Below are positions 11,652 through 18,627 of a DNA stretch of 48,336 nucleotides, one piece after another (position 1 is the first letter of the stretch; each line of letters begins with the position of its first letter). The position numbers and the translations under genes were made by a program. The DNA comes from Candidatus Xenobia bacterium (GTDB lineage: Bacteria > Vulcanimicrobiota > Xenobia > Xenobiales > QWHO01): positions 1 through 48,336 of the forward strand of contig BTUM01000060.1 in the NCBI GenBank assembly GCA_045863235.1, given 5' to 3'. The notes beneath the pieces were generated by a model, which was given only the letters and a program-made list of their open reading frames with translations, was not told where the DNA came from and did not search any database.

Positions 11652-13307
11652 CTACTTGACCACCAACGAAGCCTCGTCGGCGGCGGTGCGGTCGAGCCAG
11701 GTGTGATAGCCTCCGGACAGCAGAGCCGGAGAAAAACCGTGCTGGAGCAGGAGCCGGGTGGCGTAGTAGGCTCGCTGACCAACCTGACAGTAGACCAGCA
11801 GCTTGCGGTCGGTGGGCAACTCCGCCAGCCGCGAGCGCAACTGTCCCAGAGGCAGATTGAGCGCCCCGGGAATGTGCCCTCGCTCGAACTCGCTCGGCTC
11901 GCGTACGTCCAATACCAGACCGGCCTGTTCGCTGACCTCTTCCCAGCGGGCCAGCGAGAGGTCGCCACGCACCACGTTGGCGGCGATCATGCCGGCCATG
12001 TTGACGGGGTCCTTGGCGGAGCCGAACTGGGGAGCGTAACACAGCTCGCACTCCTCCAGATCGAAGACGGTGGCCTTTTTCTGGATCGCCATGGCGATCA
12101 CGTCGATGCGCTTGTCCACCGCCTCGTCTCCGACCGCCTGGGCACCCAGAATCAGTCCGTCTTCAGTGCGAAAGATCAGCTTGATGGAGATGGGCCGAGC
12201 GCCTGGATAGTATCCGGCGTGGTGGCCCGGATGCAGGGCAACCACCGAGAAATCGTCCCGACCCACCTGGCGCAGGGTGCGCTCGCTGGCCCCGGTACAA
12301 CCCGCAGCCAGGCCGAACAGGCCCACGATGGCGGTGCCCTGCACGCCTCGAAAGCGGGCCTCGCGTCCGCAGATGCTGGCCGCCGCCACCCGTCCCTGGC
12401 GCTGGGCCGGCCCGGCCAGGGCCAACAGGCCCCAGCGGCCGGTTACGACATCCTGAACCTCGACTGCGTCACCCACCGCCCAGATGTGAGGATCGCTCGT
12501 GCGCATCTGGTCATTCACCCGAATTCCGCCTCGTTCGCCCAACTCCAGGCCGGCGCTGCGAGCCAGAGCGGTCTCGGGGCGCACCCCCAGAGCCACGATG
12601 ACCAGGTCGGTGGGCAGCTCGAGTCCTTCGCGAGTGCGCACGGTGAGGTCCGCCTCCACCGAGGCCAGGGCCTGACCCAGCAGCAATCGCACCCCTTTGC
12701 TTCGCATCCGTTCGGCAATCAGGCTGGCCATCTCGGGGTCGAAGGGGGGCATCACCTGGGGGAGCATCTCCACCAGGCTGACCTCCAGGCCTCGATGCAC
12801 GAGGTTCTCGGCCACCTCCAGCCCGATGAACCCGCCGCCCACCACCACCGCCCGCTTCGCCTGGCGACTGGTGATGAAGTTGCGAATGGCGCGGGCGTCG
12901 GGCATGGTGCGCAGGGCAAAGACCCCTTCCCGGTCCAGGCCGGGCAGGGGGGGGCGCAGAGGACTGGCGCCCGGGGCCAGCACCAGGGCATCATACTCGA
13001 CCTGGTAGCTGCGGCCCGAGCTCAGCTCACGCACCTCGATCGTGCGCTCGGCGGACAGGATGGCCTTCGCTTCGTGCCCGGTGCGCACCTCGATGTTGAA
13101 ACGCTGCCGAAAGAGCTCGGGGCTGGCGACCAGCAGATTGGACTCCTCATGGATGACATCTCCCACGTAGTAGGGCAGTCCGCAGTTGGCGAAGGAAACG
13201 AACGGTCCGCGCTCGATCAGGAGGATCTCGGCCTGCTCGTTCAGCCGGCGCGCCCGGGCAGCGCAGGAGGCGCCGCCAGCCACGCCTCCGATGATGACGA
13301 TCCTCAT
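11652..13307 (-). CDS. CoA-disulfide reductase / NADH oxidase with C-terminal rhodanese domain
   Basis: IIGGVAGGAS, SFANCGLPY, GGGFIGLE, ELCYAPQFG, and rhodanese DVREPSEF...GHIPGA...YCQVGQR. Confidence 0.93.
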   Translation of the reverse strand: MRIVIIGGVAGGASCAARARRLNEQAEILLIERGPFVSFANCGLPYYVGDVIHEESNLLVASPELFRQRFNIEVRTGHEAKAILSAERTIEVRELSSGRSYQVEYDALVLAPGASPLRPPLPGLDREGVFALRTMPDARAIRNFITSRQAKRAVVVGGGFIGLEVAENLVHRGLEVSLVEMLPQVMPPFDPEMASLIAERMRSKGVRLLLGQALASVEADLTVRTREGLELPTDLVIVALGVRPETALARSAGLELGERGGIRVNDQMRTSDPHIWAVGDAVEVQDVVTGRWGLLALAGPAQRQGRVAAASICGREARFRGVQGTAIVGLFGLAAGCTGASERTLRQVGRDDFSVVALHPGHHAGYYPGARPISIKLIFRTEDGLILGAQAVGDEAVDKRIDVIAMAIQKKATVFDLEECELCYAPQFGSAKDPVNMAGMIAANVVRGDLSLARWEEVSEQAGLVLDVREPSEFERGHIPGALNLPLGQLRSRLAELPTDRKLLVYCQVGQRAYYATRLLLQHGFSPALLSGGYHTWLDRTAADEASLVVK

Positions 13308-13531
13308 GCTTTCACCGCCCTGGCCAGCACCGAGCAGGCCGTGTGGCGGGCCACGCCTCCGATGATGCCGACCTTCATGCTTTCACCGCCCTGGCCAGCA
13401 CCGAGCAAGTCGCGTGGCGGGTCACGCCTCCGATGATGACGGCCTTCACGATTTCACCTCCCTGGACGCGGGCGGGAGGCCGCGTCCAGGGCCACGCCTC
13501 CGATGATGAAGAGCCTCACGCTTTCACCGCC
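13279..13531. repeat. Four ~71-bp tandem copies of the USP-stop/CoADR-start junction
   Basis: G(C/T)CACGCCTCCGATGATG...TCA(T/C)G(C/A)TTTCACC begins at 13279, 13350, 13421 and 13491. Confidence 0.9.
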
Positions 13532-14373
13532 TTGGAGGTGGGCGGGAAGGCCAGCACCGAGCAGGTCGCGTGGCGCGCCACCCGCTCGGTCACGCTGCCG
13601 AGCATGGTCCGCTTGAAGCCCGAGCGACCGTGGGTGGACATGGCCACCAGGTCGCTGTCGGACTGGCTGGCAAAGCCTAAAATCACGTCGGCCGCGTCCC
13701 CGTCAAAGACGTAGCGATCATGCTTGGGAAAGGCGCGGGCCAGCTCGGCCTCCAGGTCGCGAACGCACTCCTCGCGCGCTTCACGATAAAGATCCAGCGG
13801 CAGCAGGTTGGTGGCGGTCAGCACCGCCACCGAGCCGTCCGGGGCCACGAAGGGAGCCACCTGCTCCACCACCGCCGAGGCCAGGGGGGAGCCGTCCAGG
13901 GGGACCAGCACCCGGCGAAAGCCTGCCTCGGTCAGGGGGGGACTGCCCGGCCGCACCAGCAGCACGGGGCAGGGAGCCTTGCGCAGGACATTCTCGGCCA
14001 CGCTGCCGAGCAGCCAGCGCATGATGCCGCTGCGGCCATGCGAGCAAATCACGATCAGGTCGGCCTTCTTGCTCCGTGCGGTGCGCAAGATCTGATCCTG
14101 GGCCAGGCCGGTCAAGAAATGGGCTTTGACCTGAAAGCCCTCCTTCGTCAGCAGGTCGGCCTGCTCGTCAAGATACTTGCGGGTACCGGCCTGCTCGGCA
14201 TCCACCCAGCGCACCGCCTGGGTAGGAATGGGTCCGGCCAGGCTGCCCACGAAGGGGTCGCCCACCCGCAACAGGATCAGCTCGGCTCCCCAGTGGCGGG
14301 CCAGCGGGCGGGCCGTCTTCAAAGCCAGCTCGGACAGAACCGATCCGTCCAGCGGCACGAGAATTCTCTGCAT
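13516..14373 (-). CDS. Universal stress protein (tandem USP domains)
   Basis: RILVPLDGS appears twice (second as RVLVPLDGS). HGRSG...LLGSVAENVLR and HGRSG...MLGSVTERVAR. Confidence 0.95.
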   Translation of the reverse strand: MQRILVPLDGSVLSELALKTARPLARHWGAELILLRVGDPFVGSLAGPIPTQAVRWVDAEQAGTRKYLDEQADLLTKEGFQVKAHFLTGLAQDQILRTARSKKADLIVICSHGRSGIMRWLLGSVAENVLRKAPCPVLLVRPGSPPLTEAGFRRVLVPLDGSPLASAVVEQVAPFVAPDGSVAVLTATNLLPLDLYREAREECVRDLEAELARAFPKHDRYVFDGDAADVILGFASQSDSDLVAMSTHGRSGFKRTMLGSVTERVARHATCSVLAFPPTSKAVKA

Positions 14374-14399
14374 CAGCGTAGCCTCCTCACCTTGCCTTC

Positions 14400-14440
14400 A
14401 GGATAGGTCCCCCCGGTCCCTGGCGCCCTGACCTGGATCA
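14400..14440 (-). promoter_or_regulatory. Crp/Fnr-type box TGACCTGGATCA (14429-14440) with minus-strand -10 TATCCT (14405-14400)
   Basis: 23-nt spacing, upstream of the USP-CoADR genes. Confidence 0.8.
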
Positions 14441-14476
14441 GCCAATCTGGATCATGGGAAGTCGGGCGGGATCAGT

Positions 14477-14517
14477 TGATCTGGATCATAGCGCCGCCGG
14501 CGGGTTGAGGGTATGCT
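14477..14517 (+). promoter_or_regulatory. Crp/Fnr-type box TGATCTGGATCA (14477-14488) with -10 TATGCT (14512-14517)
   Basis: 23-nt spacing. The predicted +1 coincides with GTG 14524 (box centre at -41.5). Confidence 0.8.
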
Positions 14518-14523
14518 TCAGGG

Positions 14524-14817
14524 GTGATCGTACATCCATGCCAGGTTCACGCCGGACTCGAGGTCGCCCCGGGGTTGACCTTGAGAACGCGTGAGCAACT
14601 CGATGGCAGCTGGTTGGCCTGGATCGAGCAGCGGGGCGTCCCGCTCGAAGGGGCTTCCGGCAAGCCCCGCCTCTTCACCGGCTCCACCTGTTATCAGGCC
14701 CAGTGCGAGGCCTCGCGCTGGCTGCGCTCCCACGGCCTGACGCTGGCGCCCCAGTGCGGCCAGCGAGCCTCCAGCGAAGGCTGCCCGCCAGCTCGTTGCG
14801 TCGGGGGACACGCCTGA
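14524..14817 (+). CDS. Hypothetical Cys-containing small protein (97 aa), probably leaderless
   Basis: The GTG lies 6 nt after the -10 of a box-associated promoter. No family recognised. Confidence 0.55.
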   Translation: MIVHPCQVHAGLEVAPGLTLRTREQLDGSWLAWIEQRGVPLEGASGKPRLFTGSTCYQAQCEASRWLRSHGLTLAPQCGQRASSEGCPPARCVGGHA

Positions 14818-15129
14818 GGGGCTGTCGGTCGTTGCGGGGCGAAGGCGTCAGGCCAGAAACAGAGGGACGATCGCATCGGTGGAACCCTGTGAACTGGTTC
14901 TGGCTGGCTGAGCCAGCCGGGAGTCCATCGGCCGCTGGCTACACCCAAGCTTGGATCGCCGACGCCGTCGAGCCTGAGCAGGCTCTGGAGTCTGGCTGGC
15001 CAAGCCGCGCTCGGTCCCTGGGCAATCCGGCCAGCCCGTGGAGTGGCACCGTGGACGCTGTCGAGCCCAGGCGTCGGGCCCGCCACGATCCCTGGGCAAC
15101 CCGACCGCCCGTGGGGCGCCGCTGAAGGC

Positions 15130-15738
15130 TCAGGCGGCCACCAGCGCCGCTTCGCTCAGGGTCATCCAGCCGTGAGCCTCCTTGATCAGGCCCTGGCGGC
15201 GGAACTGGCTGAGCACGCGGATGGCGGTCTCGGTGGTAGCGCCGATCAGCTCGGCGAACTCCTGGCGGTTGAGCAGAAGCTGCATCTTGTTGCCCTCGCC
15301 CAGGCGGCGAGCCAGCATGTTGAGGGCGCTCAGGGCTCGGGTTTCGACCCGCTCCAGGGCCATCGCCACGGTCCAGTCGCGTTGGTGGCGCAGCTCTCTG
15401 AGCGAGGTGCGCTCGAGCTCTTGCACCAGGGCGAAGTGGCGCAGGGCCATCTCCCTGGGCACGACCACCACTTCCACCTCGTTGCCGAGCACGGCGGTGG
15501 CGCTGACCCCGTAGGGCCTGCCGTCCAGGATGGCCACCACGTCCAGGAAGTCGCCCGGGCACGCCAGGCCAACGATCATCTCGCGACCCGCGCTTGAGCC
15601 GCAGGTCAGCTTTACGACCCCCCGCACGACCTGGTAGACCATCTTGGGACTGTCACCCTCCAGGAAGACGCTCTGCCCCGCCTGGAACGTCCGCTTCTGG
15701 GTCCACTCGCACAGCTCGGTCAGGTCGGTGAGTCTCAT
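15130..15738 (-). CDS. Crp/Fnr family transcriptional regulator (202 aa)
   Basis: ATG 15738 after GGAGG. cNMP-like domain (VFLEGD...VVRGVVKL...GREMIVGLACPGDF) and HTH RQEFAELIGATTETAIRVLSQF. Confidence 0.93.
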   Translation of the reverse strand: MRLTDLTELCEWTQKRTFQAGQSVFLEGDSPKMVYQVVRGVVKLTCGSSAGREMIVGLACPGDFLDVVAILDGRPYGVSATAVLGNEVEVVVVPREMALRHFALVQELERTSLRELRHQRDWTVAMALERVETRALSALNMLARRLGEGNKMQLLLNRQEFAELIGATTETAIRVLSQFRRQGLIKEAHGWMTLSEAALVAA

Positions 15739-15878
15739 GGTCGCCTCCGGTCTTGTTCTGGGTTCAGCATAGCCTGACCGGGCCGGTTTTGAAGACCGAC
15801 CCTGGAGGTGTTCTCGGCTCCCCCCCGAGACGGTTGACGGCCTCCTCCGAAAGGAGGACGCAGGGTGGGAGAGCTTGC

Positions 15879-16934
15879 TCAGCGCGGCATCCGCTCCCCC
15901 GGATGCAGCTCGAAGTTGGCGCCGTGCGGACTCTCCAGGGCCATGGCCTGTAACTCGCGCTGCCAGTCCCTCCGGTAGCGCCGTCGCCACACAGCAAGAC
16001 TGGTGCTGGGATCCTGGGCCAGGAGATGCTCGGCCGCCCGCAGTGCCTGCTCCACGCTGTGGGCCGGGATGCCTCGCTCCAACTCGGGCTCGAGCAACAG
16101 GTAGCTGCCGTGGCCGTAGAGCACGTGGATGGTGCGCTCGTAGAGCTCGCCCAGTTCTCCATCGTCGCGGCAGAAGACCAGCACTCGCTCGCTCAGGTCC
16201 GGCAGGAACAGGCGAACGGGCCGCTCGGGGGATGCGTGTCCGGGCCCCAGCATCGTAACACCCGGCTCCACCGGCCCGATCTGCTCGACCTGGCCGCACA
16301 GCAGCAGCACTCCGTAGCCCCGCACCCCCCCGGGTAGACGGGCCGGACCTTCCACCATCAACAGCCCACCCGCCAGCTCCAGGGGCTTGCTTCGTCTCAG
16401 CTCGGCCACCTTCCACGAGCCGGGGGGGAGGGCGCCCTTCTGATCCCAGACCCTGGCCGGGAGGTGGAACAGCTCCCACAACAGGGTTTCCCGCTCCAGC
16501 TCCTCGCGGTAGACAGCCAGCCAGTCCTGCAGAACCAGGCGGTCCTCTTCGGTCAGGCTGGCCTCGGGATGGGCCATCCGGTAGCCGGCCGGAGCCATGT
16601 CCTCGGCCAGCGCTCGGGCGATGGAACGCTGCAGCACAAGCTTGCGGACGGTAGGCCGCATGCGGTTCCAGGTGCTGAAGTTCAGTCGCTTGCGGCCCAG
16701 ATTGACCTCCTCGATCAGCCACCAGGACAGGGGGGCGACCTGGCTGTACCAGGGCCAGCGGGTCTCGTTGGAGTGACAATCGTAGCAGGCTCGCCGCACA
16801 ATGGCCCCTACCTGCGGGCTCCAGGCCGGCTCCGACTCGACCATCGGATTCGTGCGCCGGGGGCCAGGAGCGAGCTGAAGGGCCAACAGCACCAGGATCG
16901 CAACCTCGAGGATCAGTCTTTTCTTCGCTCTCAC
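15879..16934 (-). CDS. Haem-binding domain (c-type cytochrome, CxxCH) protein with an unknown C-terminal extension
   Basis: N-terminal TM/signal region, then RACYDCHSNETRWPWYSQVAPLSW...GRKRLNFS. About 200 aa of the C-terminus is unrecognised. Confidence 0.85.
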   Translation of the reverse strand: MRAKKRLILEVAILVLLALQLAPGPRRTNPMVESEPAWSPQVGAIVRRACYDCHSNETRWPWYSQVAPLSWWLIEEVNLGRKRLNFSTWNRMRPTVRKLVLQRSIARALAEDMAPAGYRMAHPEASLTEEDRLVLQDWLAVYREELERETLLWELFHLPARVWDQKGALPPGSWKVAELRRSKPLELAGGLLMVEGPARLPGGVRGYGVLLLCGQVEQIGPVEPGVTMLGPGHASPERPVRLFLPDLSERVLVFCRDDGELGELYERTIHVLYGHGSYLLLEPELERGIPAHSVEQALRAAEHLLAQDPSTSLAVWRRRYRRDWQRELQAMALESPHGANFELHPGERMPR

Positions 16935-16940
16935 AAGGGC

Positions 16941-16981
16941 ATGCTAGGCCGAGACTGGAGTCAGCGCGATGATCCAGGTCA
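16941..16981 (-). promoter_or_regulatory. Crp/Fnr-type box TGATCCAGGTCA (16970-16981) with minus-strand -10 TAGCAT (16946-16941)
   Basis: 23-nt spacing. The box overlaps the fhs stop codon, and GTG 16934 lies 6 nt after the -10. Confidence 0.8.
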
Positions 16982-18514
16982 GAGGCCGGTGATGACCCCG
17001 TCCGGCGAGAGGTCGATCTCCTCGTAGTTGGGATGCTTGCCCAAACCGGGCATAGTCATGATATCCCCGCACAGGGGCACCACGAAGCCGGCTCCACCCA
17101 GCAGGTAGACGCTACGCACCCCCAGCTTGAAGCCGCGCGGACGTCCGGGACGGCGGGGGTCGTCGCTGAGAGAGGACTGGGTCTTGGCTACACAGACATA
17201 TGCGCCCCCGTAGCCGAAGGAGGCGCACTCCTCGAGCTGGGTGCGGGCGCGCGGAGTGTACTCCACCCCATCGGCCCCGTAGACCCCCGTGGCCAGACTG
17301 GAGATCTTGTCCGCCAGGCTGGCATTCAGCTCGTAGGCAGGCCTCACGGCAGCGGGCGGGCCCGATTCGAGCACCTGGCGGGCCAGCTGCAGCGCCCCCT
17401 CGCCGCCTTGCTGATAGACGCGCACCGGCACATGGGGGAAATCCAGCTCATCGGTCGGGTCACCCTCCATCTCGTTGAGGGCCACCAGGGTGGGCAGGCC
17501 GAAGCGCTCGAGCAGCTCAAGGTGGGCTTTGAGGTTGTCTGACCCGTGCAGGGCCAGAGCCCGGCGCGTGGCCACCACCACGGCCACATTGGGGAATCGT
17601 CCCAGCTCGCGGCAGAAAATGTCCAGGAACTTCTCGGCCCCCAGCTCGGCCCCGAAGCCAGCTTCCTGCACAACCACCTCAGCCTGCTGCAGGGCCAGCC
17701 GGGTGGCCACCACGGAACTGGTCCCGTGGGCGATGTTAGCGAAGGGGCCACAATGCACCAGAGCCGGCGTTCCTTCGATGGTCTGGGCCAGGTTGGGCAT
17801 GAGAGCATCGCTCAGGAGGGCCGCCATGGCCCCCTCCACCTCCAGAGCGCTGGCCGTGACCGGGAGGCCGCTGCGATTCAGCCCCACGATGATGCGCCCC
17901 AATCGCTTCTTCAGGTCGGCGTAGTCGCGCGAGAGAGCCAGCACGGCCATGACCTCGCTGGCAGCCGTGATGTCGAAGCGGTCCTCGCGCGGGATACCCT
18001 GTTGCCGCCCTCCCAGACCCACGACGATCTGGCGTAGAGCCCGGTCGTTCTGGTCCATGACCCGTCGAAAGGTGAGGCGGCGCACGTCCAGGTCGAGCGC
18101 GTTGCCGAAGTGAAGGTGGTTGTCCAGGGCGGCCGCCAGCAGGTTGTGGGCCGAGGTGACCGCATGCAGGTCGCCCGTGAAATGCAGGTTGATGCGCTCG
18201 GCTGGCCAGAGCTGGGCGCGTCCGCCTCCGGTCCCCCCACCCTTTTTTCCGAAGACCGGACCCATGGAGGGCTCGCGCAGCGCCACCACGGCCCGCGCGC
18301 CCATCTGTCGCAGGGCGTCGGTCAGGCCGATGGCCACGGTGGTCTTGCCTTCCCCGGCCGGAGAGGGGGACATGGCCGTGACCAGAACCAGTCGGGCCGA
18401 GCCGGGTTCAGCCTGCCACGGGGGAAGACGCAGCTTGGCCATCTGATCGCCGTAAGTGAAGAGGTCCTTGGGGCCCAGGCCCAATTCGGAGGCAACTTGC
18501 TGGATGCTTCTCAT
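16979..18514 (-). CDS. fhs: Formate--tetrahydrofolate ligase
   Basis: SPAGEGKTT, LREPSMGPVFGKKGGGTGGG, INLHFTGDLHA, GPFANIAHG, AKTQSSLSD, IMTMPGL. Confidence 0.96.
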   Translation of the reverse strand: MRSIQQVASELGLGPKDLFTYGDQMAKLRLPPWQAEPGSARLVLVTAMSPSPAGEGKTTVAIGLTDALRQMGARAVVALREPSMGPVFGKKGGGTGGGRAQLWPAERINLHFTGDLHAVTSAHNLLAAALDNHLHFGNALDLDVRRLTFRRVMDQNDRALRQIVVGLGGRQQGIPREDRFDITAASEVMAVLALSRDYADLKKRLGRIIVGLNRSGLPVTASALEVEGAMAALLSDALMPNLAQTIEGTPALVHCGPFANIAHGTSSVVATRLALQQAEVVVQEAGFGAELGAEKFLDIFCRELGRFPNVAVVVATRRALALHGSDNLKAHLELLERFGLPTLVALNEMEGDPTDELDFPHVPVRVYQQGGEGALQLARQVLESGPPAAVRPAYELNASLADKISSLATGVYGADGVEYTPRARTQLEECASFGYGGAYVCVAKTQSSLSDDPRRPGRPRGFKLGVRSVYLLGGAGFVVPLCGDIMTMPGLGKHPNYEEIDLSPDGVITGL

Positions 18515-18521
18515 GCCCTCA

Positions 18522-18563
18522 AGGCTAGGTCAGGCGAGGGGGGGATGGATATGATCTGGGTCA
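18522..18563 (-). promoter_or_regulatory. Crp/Fnr-type box TGATCTGGGTCA (18552-18563) with minus-strand -10 TAGCCT (18527-18522)
   Basis: 24-nt spacing. The fhs ATG lies 7 nt after the -10. Confidence 0.8.
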
Positions 18564-18627
18564 GACTAGCTCCAGCTCGACGTGGACGTTGACTTCTCGT
18601 GGTTTCGACAACAGGTCCACAAGGAGG

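Noticed and set aside
11604..13436. Long antisense ORFs (also 2406-3623, 6537-8168, 8015-9301, 45670-47325)
   Set aside because: They mirror well-supported genes on the opposite strand, as expected in high-GC DNA, and show no motifs.
14443..14454. Extra Crp/Fnr box CAATCTGGATCA
   Set aside because: Only one half-site matches and I did not find a correctly spaced -10, so it is not counted among the eight boxes.
14703..15125. 140-aa plus-strand ORF downstream of the 14524 gene
   Set aside because: It overlaps the 14524 ORF and has no convincing start, RBS or family motif.
15739..16779. 549-aa ORF suggesting a large fused Crp regulator
   Set aside because: The upstream part is an off-frame overlap with the heme-protein gene. 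The regulator starts at ATG 15738 with its own RBS and -10.
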